Notes under the pieces: generated by a model
Told to the model about the DNA's origin: nothing
Database searches by the model: none
What the model saw: only the letters and a program-made list of their open reading frames with translations
Part shown: piece by piece, positions 1-10,010 of the stretch
Layout: every line of letters begins with the position of its first letter
How positions within the stretch are numbered: position 1 is the stretch's first letter
Origin: a virus
Taxonomy: Duplodnaviria > Caudoviricetes
Strand: one strand, 5' to 3'
Length of the DNA: 64,000 nt
Virus record (IMG/VR): IMGVR_UViG_3300031813_000004
Location: 1 to 64,000 of that record
Position numbers and translations under genes: made by a program

Positions 1-158
1 TACATGATGATAAATTAAGATTTAAAGATTTTTGGTGTTCATATGATCATTCAATGATTATATATGATGAAATAGAAAATGAAATTAAAAAAATATCACC
101 AAGAGAATTAATTGAGAATCCGCAAGGTAAATATTTAATTAAAAGAAAAGGAATATAA
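1..158 (+). CDS. 3' end of an upstream gene ending in an N-terminal split-intein half (IntN), presumably RNAP beta' N-terminal part; partial
   Basis: Frame 3 reads HDDKLRFKDFWCSYDHSMIIYDEIENEIKKISPRELIENPQGKYLIKRKGI*. SYDH resembles intein block B (TxxH) followed by a typical IntN tail. Not in the ORF track. Confidence 0.7.
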   Translation, partial: HDDKLRFKDFWCSYDHSMIIYDEIENEIKKISPRELIENPQGKYLIKRKGI

Positions 159-159
159 A

Positions 160-324
160 ATGATTGATATAGAACTTACAAAGAGAATTGAAGAGAATTT
201 GTTAAAAGGAAAAAGTATAGGAAAAATTTCATTATCATTAAAAGAAATTGAAAATAAAGATATAATTCCTAAAATTAATAAGATCGAAGAAGATATTAGG
301 AGATTAATAGAAAATGATAAATAA
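160..324 (+). CDS. 54-aa hypothetical protein between the split-intein halves
   Basis: ATG at 160 after AAGGAA; MIDIELTKRIEENLLKGKSIGKISLSL...; stop overlaps the next start. Confidence 0.55.
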   Translation: MIDIELTKRIEENLLKGKSIGKISLSLKEIENKDIIPKINKIEEDIRRLIENDK

Positions 325-1690
325 AGAAACTTTATTACAATCAGTAGATTTAATTCCTATATCTGAAATTGATATAACTTTTGACCCAAGTGAAACTATC
401 GGATATGATTTAACAGTTGAAGATTTTTTTACATTTGAAACTCATGATGGTATCTTTGTACAAGATACTATGGCTGTTTACCTCCCAATGTCTGACGAAG
501 CAAATGAAGAATGTAAATTAAAAATGATGGGAGCTGTAACTGGTGATTCATCTTATGGAATTTGTTTTGAAATATCTAAAGAGATGTGTGCTGGTTTATA
601 TGTTTTAACTAAACCGGTTAAATTAAATAAACAACCAGTGCATGTAGATGAAAAATTTTTAGAAGAAACTAGACCTAATATATATGATCCAGTTGTATAT
701 AAGAATATTCATACTACAATGGGTAAAGCTATTTTTAATAATTGTTTACCACATGACCATATTTTTATTGATGTTTTAGTTACTAAAAAAATAGTAAATA
801 ATTTAATATCAGAAATAGTTAGAAAATATGGAGAAGTTATAGCTAAAGATGTAGCTTTTAAATTAGAGAAAATTGGATTTAAATATGCAACAATTGTTTC
901 CCCAACATTTGATATAGATCAATTAGAAATACCTAAAGAGATATATGAATTAAAGAAAAAAATGGTTGGCGCAAGTATGGAACAATCTGACATATTGTTA
1001 AAAGAAATGGAAAGAATTTTAGCAATATATTTAAAGAGTAAAGATTGTGGATTATGGGATTTAGTAGATGCTGGTGCAACTAAAGGACTTATACAACCAT
1101 TTACTATATTAGTAGCAAAAGGAATAGTTGCAGATGCACAAGGGAAACTTCAAAAACCTATAATAGGTTCTTTAGCTGATGGATTAACAGCTTCTGAATT
1201 TTTTACTGCTTCATCTGGCTCACGAAAAGGGATTATGGACAGAGTCTTATCTACAGCAACAACTGGTTATTTAAGCCGTAAATTAGCTTATCTTTTAAAT
1301 TCAGTTGAGGTAGATCCATATTTACAGGATTGCAAAACTACTAGAACTTTAGATATTAAATTAGATAGTGATTTAATGAAAAGAATGACTGGTAGATATG
1401 TTTTGGTTGGAAATAAAGTTGAAGAGTTCGATCCTAAAAAATTTAAATCAGGGCAATTAGTATATTTAAGATCTCCTATTTATTGTCAATCTCCTAAAAT
1501 ATGTCACATATGTTATGGTAAATTAATAATGAGACATAAAACTCCATATGTAGGAGTTATTGCAAGTCAGTGTTTAGGTGAGAGGGCGACTCAATTGGTG
1601 ATGAGAAGTTTTCATTCAAGTGCTGTTAAGATGGTTGAGAGACATATATTAAAAGATATTGTAGATAATGATCCACTAATTGAAGAGTGA
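314..1690 (+). CDS. rpoC: C-terminal split-intein half (aa 1-51) fused to RNA polymerase beta' middle fragment (RNAP set 1)
   Basis: YDLTVEDFFTFETHDGIFVQD|TMAVYLP (intein blocks F/G then post-NADFDGD sequence); bridge helix GSRKGIMD..TATTGYLSRKL; RSPIYC..ICHICYG; trigger loop SQCLGERATQLVMRSFH. Confidence 0.9.
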   Translation: MINKETLLQSVDLIPISEIDITFDPSETIGYDLTVEDFFTFETHDGIFVQDTMAVYLPMSDEANEECKLKMMGAVTGDSSYGICFEISKEMCAGLYVLTKPVKLNKQPVHVDEKFLEETRPNIYDPVVYKNIHTTMGKAIFNNCLPHDHIFIDVLVTKKIVNNLISEIVRKYGEVIAKDVAFKLEKIGFKYATIVSPTFDIDQLEIPKEIYELKKKMVGASMEQSDILLKEMERILAIYLKSKDCGLWDLVDAGATKGLIQPFTILVAKGIVADAQGKLQKPIIGSLADGLTASEFFTASSGSRKGIMDRVLSTATTGYLSRKLAYLLNSVEVDPYLQDCKTTRTLDIKLDSDLMKRMTGRYVLVGNKVEEFDPKKFKSGQLVYLRSPIYCQSPKICHICYGKLIMRHKTPYVGVIASQCLGERATQLVMRSFHSSAVKMVERHILKDIVDNDPLIEE

Positions 1691-1708
1691 AATTAAAAGG
1701 AGAAACAA

Positions 1709-2590
1709 ATGAAATTAAAAGAATTATTAGAAAAAAATTTAGTATCTAAAACTTTAAATGGTAAATATTATAAATGTAATACTTGTAATGATATTGTTCA
1801 TTATGCTGGAATAGTATCTCATTATGTTTTTAGACATGATAAAGAAAGTGAAGAATATAAAATTAAATATAATACTCTTTCAGAAAGAAGTAAAAAAAAT
1901 TGGAAAGATTTAGAATATAGAGAAAAAACATCTAAAAGTATTAAAGATAGTAGAACAGAAGAATATTGTCAAAAAATGTCTGAAAATATAAAAGAAGTTC
2001 ATTCAAGACCAGAGTCAAAAACTAAATCAAAAGAATTTAGTGAAAAGTCTTCCAAAAATGTAACACAGTGTTGGAAGGATGAAGATTTTATAAAAGTTCA
2101 ACATGAATCAAGACTTAAATCGTGGGAAAATAATAATGAACGAAGAGAAGAACAATCTGAAAGATCTACAAAAAATTGGGAGAGTCAAGAACATATAGAT
2201 AAAGTAATTGAAGGAAAAATCAAGAATCTTGAAAAAAATCCAGATGGTTATAGAAGATTAGGTAAAGTTAGTTTAACAAAAAAAGGTACATATTGTGAAT
2301 CTAATTTTGAAAAAGAAGTTTTTGAATATTTAGAAGATAATAATATTTTATTTGAAGATCATAGATCTATTCCTGATAGTTCCAAAACTTGTGATTTAGT
2401 TATAAATGATATATGGATTGAATTAGATGGTTTAGGTAGTGCAAGAAAAGATTTTGATAAAACTACAAATTTTGAAGATAAAATTATTCATTTACAACAT
2501 TTAAAAGAACAAGAAATTATTTCTGATTATAAGATAATAACTTCTATTAAAGAATTTAAAAATTGGTTGGAGGTTTTTATCAATGTCTAA
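1709..2590 (+). CDS. free-standing homing-endonuclease-like protein (Zn finger, helical repeats, PD-(D/E)XK/Vsr-like nuclease)
   Basis: CxxC..H..H N-terminus, repeated W-x-x-x-E-Y helical units, C-terminal SNFEKEVFEYL..CDLVINDIWIELDG. Confidence 0.7.
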   Translation: MKLKELLEKNLVSKTLNGKYYKCNTCNDIVHYAGIVSHYVFRHDKESEEYKIKYNTLSERSKKNWKDLEYREKTSKSIKDSRTEEYCQKMSENIKEVHSRPESKTKSKEFSEKSSKNVTQCWKDEDFIKVQHESRLKSWENNNERREEQSERSTKNWESQEHIDKVIEGKIKNLEKNPDGYRRLGKVSLTKKGTYCESNFEKEVFEYLEDNNILFEDHRSIPDSSKTCDLVINDIWIELDGLGSARKDFDKTTNFEDKIIHLQHLKEQEIISDYKIITSIKEFKNWLEVFINV

Positions 2591-3272
2591 TAAAATATCA
2601 AACTATTTTAAACAAGATGGTACTAATTTATTTTGTATACAGTCATGTAAAATAATTATAGATATGTCTTATTATGATATTGGAGATTCAATATTAATAA
2701 ATGAAGATTCAATTTGGTGCAAAAGTCTAGTATCACAAGTAGAATTTGAAGATCTAATATTTAATCTAATTCTGGATTATTCCGTTAATCTTAAAATAGA
2801 ACATATTATTAAACATGGTAAAGAGTCAATTGAATTAATATATAATAAAGGTAATTTAGTTTTAGAAGTTCCAAGTGAAGTTGTTGATATAAAACAACAA
2901 GTTTCATATGTGGAGAGATTAATAGGCGGGAAAGAGATAACTAAAGACGCACCACATCTATTTAAAAAATTATATGCAGTATATGGTCCTATTTCAGATA
3001 TGGATATAGTTCATATGGAGACATTGTTGAGTCAATGTTTACGTGATAGAAGCAACCCATCTATACCCGCCAGATTAGGACGTCGTTGGGATCCAATTTT
3101 AGTTAACATTAAAAAGAATATTTTTTCATCTGGATTTTTACAAGGTTTAGGATTTGAAAATATTAATCAGGTTATCAAAAGTGGTTTAATAAATGATGTA
3201 GATCTTGAACCTTCAATTATAGAGAAATTAATGACAGGAACTTTAGTTGAAAAGAAAACAGAGGAATACTAA
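2583..3272 (+). CDS. rpoC: RNA polymerase beta' C-terminal fragment (RNAP set 1)
   Basis: DIVHMETLLSQCLR and SGFLQGLGFEN match the beta' C-terminal motifs (kHiEvivrQM, sfls.asFe); homologous to HVHFECIVSQLM..SFLVGMAFSN at the end of the 49267 ORF. Confidence 0.8.
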   Translation: MSNKISNYFKQDGTNLFCIQSCKIIIDMSYYDIGDSILINEDSIWCKSLVSQVEFEDLIFNLILDYSVNLKIEHIIKHGKESIELIYNKGNLVLEVPSEVVDIKQQVSYVERLIGGKEITKDAPHLFKKLYAVYGPISDMDIVHMETLLSQCLRDRSNPSIPARLGRRWDPILVNIKKNIFSSGFLQGLGFENINQVIKSGLINDVDLEPSIIEKLMTGTLVEKKTEEY

Positions 3273-3275
3273 CCA

Positions 3276-6200
3276 ATGATAAAATTTGACCAATTCAAAT
3301 TATATACACAACAGGTTGATGGTGTAAGATATTTACTTGACCCAGATGCGCCATTTGTAATTTTTTATTTTAGTGAGAATTCATCACTCCTTGAAGATTA
3401 TCATAAACTAAATATAAGATCCGTTGACGTTAGGTATGTTGTAGTTCCGGTTACAAAGGTACCTAGAACTTTCTTTAAACCAGAAGATAAGAAGAAATAT
3501 AGACAATTTAAATTAACTGCATATTCTACACAACAAAAAATACCATCACATACTAATGTTATAGTTGATATATCTAATTATATTGAAGCAGTTGAACATA
3601 GATTTAAACCTTTAAATTGGCGAACAAGATATGGTAATTATTTAACTGATTTAGTTGACCATATATTTTCTCAGTTTCCTTCTAATTATAAAAAGGTTTT
3701 TATTTATTCTGTAAATTCAACTAAATCCCTTCCTGTGTTTGCTAATAGAAAAATATTTCAAACTATTCAACAATTAAAAAGTGGTGATAATTTATTATTT
3801 GATTATATGATGTTAGCTACAGTTAATAGTTCATCGACTAGATACAGATTATTAATGAAAAATAAAGATTATAAATTTAATCTTGTATATAACTGGGTTA
3901 AAAATATTAGAATTGGTAGTCATGAACCAGTTGAAAATGATAATGAATTACCGAATGAACATTCAGAAATAGTACAAAATGCATCTAAAGATGTAATGGA
4001 TAATATAGATAAGACACAACCAGAAATGCAAATTGTTGATAAACCTAAAGTTCATGCAGCAATTTCTTCATTTTTATCAAAAGATAGAAATACTTTAAAT
4101 AAAGTTAATGATAAAGAAAATAATGACGAAGATAATAAAAAGATAGCTATAGCTTCTATTCTATATAAAGTTAATGGTGATTTAGAAAAGTCTAAAAAAA
4201 TATCAAATAAAATTCCTCCATTAAGATTAAGCCAAACATTAGTACATATAGAGAAAAAATATAAAGATGAATTAATGACACCACAACCAATAAATAGTAC
4301 ATCTGAAGAAGATATTATAAAAAGTTCTGATGTTAAAGATATAGTTAATAATAAAGTTCCTAGTCATTTATTTAAGAAAAGACAGATTGACTTTGCTGTT
4401 AATTTAAAGAAAGATTCTGAAAATTCATTCAATGTTTTGAATAAAACTGACTTACCATTAAAAGTTGAAAAAATTGAATTAATTGATAAACCAACAAAAA
4501 ATACAGAATTAAATAAAACTGATATGGTTGTATTGAAAACAACTTTAATAGATTCATTTGGTAACTCACATCAAATTAATATTGACTTACCAAGAATTGA
4601 TGAATATGGTACGTTTAGAGTTAATGGAAAAAGAAAATGTTTGATTAATCAAATTGTTTTAAATCCAATAACATTTCCAGAAGAATTTGACTCAAGATTT
4701 ACAAGTTCATATTCCAGTTTTCATATATGGAGTAAGAGATCTAGAAAGTTAAGATACCTTGAAATTTATATGGCTAACTATACATTACCATATTCAATAT
4801 GTACTTTTTTCTTGTTTGGATTTGAAAAAACATTGAAAGATTATGATATACATTATGAAATAGTGGACTCTACCCCCACAAAATTACCATATACATGTCT
4901 TATATCACCTAACCGATACATAGTATTCAGTAATGTAAACACCCCTCTTAAAGAGGAATTTTGCGAGTCATTTACACATGCAAAAATTATAGATTACAAA
5001 GTATTAAAACAATTTGGAACTAAAGAATATTTTAATGATTTAATTATTAAGATGACAGGAAGAACTAATGCAACATATGCATTATCAAATAATAAAGAAA
5101 ATTTAATAGATCCAGTTGTCGAACAAGTTTTAGCAAATAAACAAATGCCAATTAAATTAGACGAAATAATGAAATTTATGGCAATTAAAGTTATTGAAGG
5201 ATATACAACTGATAGAAATAGTTTAGATCATCAAAGAATTAGAAACTCAGAGGTTTTAATTCACTTAATACAAAAACAAGTACATGCTGCTTATACAGTT
5301 TATAAAGAACAAGTTTTAGCTGGAAATAAAAATGCTAAATTTACAATTCCTCAAGCTAAAATATTAAGTGATTTTATTAACTCTGAAATTGTTACAGATA
5401 TTGAATTTGCAAATCCAATTGAAGAAATGTCTACAATGACAAGAATGTCTCCAGTTGGCAAAGCAGTTGGTGGTATACCAAGTAAAGAAGCGATCCAAGT
5501 TGAAGCTAGAAATGTTCATGATTCTTATTTTGGAAATATAGATCCGTTAGATACACCAGAAGGTGCAAATATTGGTATTGTTCAACATTTAACTGTTAAT
5601 GCAGCTTTAACATCATCAAGAGGTTTAATACATACTAAACCAATAAATGACAATGAAAAAGCAGGTATATTATCTACATCATCTTGTCTAATTCCATTCA
5701 TTGAAAATAATGATGGTGCACGTGTTATGATGGCAGTTAACCAAGCGAGACAAGCATTACCATTAAAAAATCCAGAGCCACCTGTTGTTCAATCTGGTTA
5801 TGAATCTTTATTAACAAATGTATTATCTGATAATTATATTAAAAGATCACCCATTGATGGAGTTATTGATCATGTTTCTAATGACTTAATTGTTGTTAAA
5901 GATAAAGCTGGTAGACAATCTAGAATAGGTTTGGAACCTGTTTATTTAAAATCAGGTAGTGGTAAAGATACATTGAGTATTTTTGTACCTAAAGTTAAAA
6001 TTAATCAACATGTTAAAATAGGAACAGTGATTGCAGAAGGTAGTTCTATAGCACAAGGAACTATTGCAATGGGTAGAACTTTATGTGTTGCAGTAATGCC
6101 ATATAAAGGATATAACTTTGAAGATGGTGTTGTTATAAATGAAAGATTAATAAAAGAAGACAAATTAACATCAGTTCATGGAATTGAAGAAGAAGTTTTA

Positions 6201-7409
6201 ATTTCAGATAAAGATAGACTTTTATTTATATCAAAAATTGGTGATATGACATATAAAGGAGAACCTTTATTAAGAAAAACAATAGGAGAATTAGAACAAT
6301 TTTTAGGTTATTCAGAGGAAGAAGATAATGAAGATATTGAAATGCATGGTGGGCAATTTATTAAGAAAAGTCCTGGTGGAATGATAGTTGATATAGATGT
6401 TTTTAGTAATGTACCATTAAATAAATTTCCATTATTAAAAGGATTAGAAGAAAGAACTAATAAAAGACATTTAAGAGTTGGGCAAGAAAAATTTACAGTT
6501 TCTGGAAGATCTATTGAAGGAGTTCTTGTTAAGTTTAAAGTTCAACAAGAATTAAAAATTGGTCTTGGAGATAAATTAGCAAATCGACATGGTAATAAAG
6601 GTATTATTTCATTAATTGAAAAAGATGAAGATATGCCTAAAACTCCTTGGGGTGAATCCATTGATATGATTATAAATCCTGTAGGTATTCTAGGTAGAAT
6701 GAATATGGGGCAATTATATGAAATTTATATTGGATTAATTGCTAGAAGTTTAGCAACTAAAATGGTGCAAACAAATGATCAGAAAAAATCTGTAGAAGGA
6801 TTAAGAAAAGTATTACCATTATTAGATAATACTAAAAATAAAATGTATAGTACTAAATTAATAGCAGCTATTGAAAATATGAGTGATGTTCATTATAAAG
6901 AAATGATAAATCAAATTAAGAAAACTGGATTTGTTCCAATTGTAATTCCACCATTTCAAGCTCCAACAAATATTCAGATTAAACAAGCTATGAATGTATT
7001 AGGTTTAAAAGCTGGATATAAAATAAGAATACCAGAATATAATACAAGCACAATGAACGAAGTTCCAATTGGATACATGTATATTCAAAAACTTGAGCAG
7101 ATTGGCGAAATGAAAATTTATTCAAGATCTACTGGTCCTGTTACAGGAAAAACATTACAACCTACATCTGGTAAGAAAAGAGAAGGTGGGCAAAAATTAG
7201 GAGAAATGGACACATACTCTTTAATTTCGTATAACTGTCCAATTTTATTATCTGAGATGTTGGGGCCTTTAAGTGATGATGCTATAACTAAAAATGAAAT
7301 AATCTCAGATATTATTCATAACGGATCTGCTAAATATAGAGACGCAAAAATTGCACCAATTCAAGATTTAGTCAAGAGCTATTTTACTGCATTAATGTTA
7401 ACACAATAA
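3276..7409 (+). CDS. rpoB: RNA polymerase beta subunit (RNAP set 1) with long N-terminal extension
   Basis: DTPEGANIG, RVMMAVNQARQA, GYNFEDG, GDKLANRHGNKG, RMNMGQ, GGQKLGEMD. Confidence 0.95.
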   Translation: MIKFDQFKLYTQQVDGVRYLLDPDAPFVIFYFSENSSLLEDYHKLNIRSVDVRYVVVPVTKVPRTFFKPEDKKKYRQFKLTAYSTQQKIPSHTNVIVDISNYIEAVEHRFKPLNWRTRYGNYLTDLVDHIFSQFPSNYKKVFIYSVNSTKSLPVFANRKIFQTIQQLKSGDNLLFDYMMLATVNSSSTRYRLLMKNKDYKFNLVYNWVKNIRIGSHEPVENDNELPNEHSEIVQNASKDVMDNIDKTQPEMQIVDKPKVHAAISSFLSKDRNTLNKVNDKENNDEDNKKIAIASILYKVNGDLEKSKKISNKIPPLRLSQTLVHIEKKYKDELMTPQPINSTSEEDIIKSSDVKDIVNNKVPSHLFKKRQIDFAVNLKKDSENSFNVLNKTDLPLKVEKIELIDKPTKNTELNKTDMVVLKTTLIDSFGNSHQINIDLPRIDEYGTFRVNGKRKCLINQIVLNPITFPEEFDSRFTSSYSSFHIWSKRSRKLRYLEIYMANYTLPYSICTFFLFGFEKTLKDYDIHYEIVDSTPTKLPYTCLISPNRYIVFSNVNTPLKEEFCESFTHAKIIDYKVLKQFGTKEYFNDLIIKMTGRTNATYALSNNKENLIDPVVEQVLANKQMPIKLDEIMKFMAIKVIEGYTTDRNSLDHQRIRNSEVLIHLIQKQVHAAYTVYKEQVLAGNKNAKFTIPQAKILSDFINSEIVTDIEFANPIEEMSTMTRMSPVGKAVGGIPSKEAIQVEARNVHDSYFGNIDPLDTPEGANIGIVQHLTVNAALTSSRGLIHTKPINDNEKAGILSTSSCLIPFIENNDGARVMMAVNQARQALPLKNPEPPVVQSGYESLLTNVLSDNYIKRSPIDGVIDHVSNDLIVVKDKAGRQSRIGLEPVYLKSGSGKDTLSIFVPKVKINQHVKIGTVIAEGSSIAQGTIAMGRTLCVAVMPYKGYNFEDGVVINERLIKEDKLTSVHGIEEEVLISDKDRLLFISKIGDMTYKGEPLLRKTIGELEQFLGYSEEEDNEDIEMHGGQFIKKSPGGMIVDIDVFSNVPLNKFPLLKGLEERTNKRHLRVGQEKFTVSGRSIEGVLVKFKVQQELKIGLGDKLANRHGNKGIISLIEKDEDMPKTPWGESIDMIINPVGILGRMNMGQLYEIYIGLIARSLATKMVQTNDQKKSVEGLRKVLPLLDNTKNKMYSTKLIAAIENMSDVHYKEMINQIKKTGFVPIVIPPFQAPTNIQIKQAMNVLGLKAGYKIRIPEYNTSTMNEVPIGYMYIQKLEQIGEMKIYSRSTGPVTGKTLQPTSGKKREGGQKLGEMDTYSLISYNCPILLSEMLGPLSDDAITKNEIISDIIHNGSAKYRDAKIAPIQDLVKSYFTALMLTQ

Positions 7410-7428
7410 TTAAGAATTCTCATTTATA

Positions 7429-7446
7429 CTATATATATTAATTATT
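7429..7446 (+). promoter_or_regulatory. repeated intergenic motif CTATATATATTAATTATT (candidate phage promoter)
   Basis: Identical 18-mer at 9763-9780 and a 16/18 copy at 10011-10028, all intergenic. Confidence 0.5.
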
Positions 7447-7484
7447 AGATAAGAATTTTATAAACTAGTTAAAGGAGAATTATC

Positions 7485-7631
7485 ATGGAATTAACTGAAG
7501 AAGAATTAGATACTATAAGAATGGCTTTGTCTATATCATCACCAATAATTACAAATCCAGAACAACTTAAAAATGTAATAGATTTAAGAAAAAAGATTGA
7601 AGGAGAATTATTAGTATTAAGAATGAAATAA
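7485..7631 (+). CDS. 48-aa hypothetical protein
   Basis: Strong RBS AAAGGAG; MELTEEELDTIRMALSISSP... Confidence 0.6.
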   Translation: MELTEEELDTIRMALSISSPIITNPEQLKNVIDLRKKIEGELLVLRMK

Positions 7632-7715
7632 AATTAAATAAAATTAAATCTAATAATATTGATTTAATTTTTTATTATAATAACTGTGAATTAATATCTA
7701 AAAGGAGAATTTAAA

Positions 7716-8891
7716 ATGTCTATTATAACTCATCTCACTGATACCGACCTTTACGAATTTACAATGCAACAAACCATTTTACATCACTTTCCTGAAGCCA
7801 CTGCAGAATATACATTTAAATGTAGAACCAAAGGAAGAAACTTAGCTCAATATAAAGATCAGATTGAAAAAGAGATAGATCATCTTTGTACTCTTAAATT
7901 TACAGATTATGAATTACAGTGTTTATCTAATCTTGATTATATGAAAAAAGATTATATTCAATTTCTTAAACTCTTTCAGTTAAATAGAGATTATATTAAA
8001 TTTGATACAAATGGAGATGAATTAATTTGTAGAATTTCAGGACCAATGCTTCACGCTACCACATTTGAAGTTTATACTCTTGCAATTATAAATGAGGTAT
8101 ATTTTAGAAACGAAATAGCAGTTGCAAATGGTTCAGAAGGTAATCGTAGATTACATGAAAAAATCTATCAAATTTTAGAACATCCAAATTCATCAGGTTT
8201 TCGTCTTGCTGAATTTGGAACAAGAAGGCGTTTTTCTAAGGAGAATCAATTACGAGTAGTATCAACACTTCAAAAAGAATTACCACATAATTTAATAGGA
8301 ACTAGTAATGTATATCTAGCTTTTTTATTAGGTTTAACTCCTATTGGAACTATGGCTCATAAATATTTACAAGCATGCCAACAGATGGGGGTTAGACTAG
8401 ATCAAAGTCAAAAATTTGCATTTGAGACATGGGTTAAAGAATATCGAGGAAGATTAGGAATTGCTTTAACTGATGTTGTAGGTATGGATGCATTCCTAAA
8501 AGATTTTGATTTGTATTTTGCAAAACTTTTTGATGGTGTTAGACATGACTCTGGTGATCCTTTTATATGGGCAGAAAAAGCCATTAATCATTATCGTAAT
8601 ATGAGAATAGATCCAAGAACTAAAAGTTTAGTTTTTAGTGATGGATTAGATGTACCAAGAGCATTAGCTTTATACGATAGATTTAAAAATGATGCGATTA
8701 CCACTTTTTGTATTGGAACAAATTTGAGTAATGATTTAGGGTATACCCCTCTTAACATTGTAATTAAAATGGTTAGTTGTAATGGGCAACCAACTGCTAA
8801 AATTTCTGATAGCCCAGGAAAGGGTATGTGTGAAGACCAAAATTATCTTAAATATTTAGGAAGTGTTTTTGGGATCAAGGAGATTTTATGA
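7716..8891 (+). CDS. pncB: nicotinate phosphoribosyltransferase
   Basis: TDLYEFTM, EFGTRRRFS, GTSNV, GTMAH, RHDSGDP, FSDGLD, KISDSPGK. Confidence 0.93.
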   Translation: MSIITHLTDTDLYEFTMQQTILHHFPEATAEYTFKCRTKGRNLAQYKDQIEKEIDHLCTLKFTDYELQCLSNLDYMKKDYIQFLKLFQLNRDYIKFDTNGDELICRISGPMLHATTFEVYTLAIINEVYFRNEIAVANGSEGNRRLHEKIYQILEHPNSSGFRLAEFGTRRRFSKENQLRVVSTLQKELPHNLIGTSNVYLAFLLGLTPIGTMAHKYLQACQQMGVRLDQSQKFAFETWVKEYRGRLGIALTDVVGMDAFLKDFDLYFAKLFDGVRHDSGDPFIWAEKAINHYRNMRIDPRTKSLVFSDGLDVPRALALYDRFKNDAITTFCIGTNLSNDLGYTPLNIVIKMVSCNGQPTAKISDSPGKGMCEDQNYLKYLGSVFGIKEIL

Positions 8892-9481
8892 CAGATAATG
8901 AAAAGATTTTATGTGGGAATTCTCTACCATTGCCAGAGTTAGAAGAAGATGATGATCGAGATGTTGAAAAAGATGCATCTGATGAATATGACATGTTGAA
9001 TATAATTGATAATATTGGTACTGATGAATTTAAAGAAAATTATTTAATTTCAATTGATGAAATAAGAAAACAATCTATTGAAAATCAAAGAATTTTTTGC
9101 ACTAAGATATTAGATAAAATAAAAGATATTTATGATTTTATTCCTTTAGAGAAATATTCATTGAATGAACAACCTCAATGTGACGGAATATATAAATTTA
9201 TTGAATTCTTAGAATTTAACAATTTGATTTTTTTATCTAATCTTTGGCATGACTTTAAAATTGATTTAAGAAAATTAGATATTAAAGACTTTTGTAATGA
9301 AAATTCAGATAGGTTTATGACATTAATTGATAATCAAGTTAAACTAAATAATTATCCTCAGCTGGTTAAGGAGTTCTTGAGAACAAATATAAAAGAAAAG
9401 ATGATTAACTTCATCATCTCGAAAACAGAGAAGGAAAGAATGTTAATACAATTAGAAATTACATTAAAAGGAGAAGAGTAA
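8888..9481 (+). CDS. hypothetical protein
   Basis: ORF with RBS, overlapping the pncB stop. Confidence 0.7.
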   Translation: MTDNEKILCGNSLPLPELEEDDDRDVEKDASDEYDMLNIIDNIGTDEFKENYLISIDEIRKQSIENQRIFCTKILDKIKDIYDFIPLEKYSLNEQPQCDGIYKFIEFLEFNNLIFLSNLWHDFKIDLRKLDIKDFCNENSDRFMTLIDNQVKLNNYPQLVKEFLRTNIKEKMINFIISKTEKERMLIQLEITLKGEE

Positions 9482-9483
9482 AC

Positions 9484-9747
9484 ATGGACGTGAATCAGTA
9501 TACGGTTACGATTAAGAAAGGGAGTTTGGTATTCAAAGTTGATAGAACGGATTTAGTGAATATTGAACATACGTCAGATGGTCTGGTATTTAATCTCAAA
9601 CATCAAACATATATTAATATTACAGATCAATATATGCCATTAGATGTTAAACAGAAAGTGAAGAGTGCAGATGCAATTCCAAATGGTAATGTAACTTTTG
9701 ATTTAAATAATTATAGAAATCCAGTTTCAGTTCAGATCAAAAATTAA
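9484..9747 (+). CDS. hypothetical protein
   Basis: ORF with RBS. Confidence 0.7.
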   Translation: MDVNQYTVTIKKGSLVFKVDRTDLVNIEHTSDGLVFNLKHQTYINITDQYMPLDVKQKVKSADAIPNGNVTFDLNNYRNPVSVQIKN

Positions 9748-9762
9748 GGATTCTAAGAAGTG

Positions 9763-9780
9763 CTATATATATTAATTATT
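9763..9780 (+). promoter_or_regulatory. copy of CTATATATATTAATTATT motif
   Basis: Exact match to 7429-7446. Confidence 0.5.
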
Positions 9781-9922
9781 GAATAGAAAATATTTTGGTT
9801 TATGTTTCCCGAGGACATGAATCGAAAAAAAATTTGGAGGTGAATTATGCATTGGTAATTAATATTATTTAGGAATGAGATTAAACTTCAGAGATTTTTG
9901 AAAAGAGCATGTAGTAAAAATG

Positions 9923-9960
9923 ATGGAGTGGACATAGAATAGCGGCTATGTCCACTCCAT
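9923..9960 (+). terminator. strong GC-rich hairpin
   Basis: ATGGAGTGGACATAG...CTATGTCCACTCCAT inverted repeat. Confidence 0.55.
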
Positions 9961-10010
9961 ACATTCGTTAAAAATTTAAAGAATATATTTTTTAAGTATT
10001 CTTAAATTAG

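Noticed and set aside
1690-2590. Group I intron interrupting beta'
   Set aside because: Only 18 nt of non-coding sequence flank the endonuclease ORF; no core elements seen.
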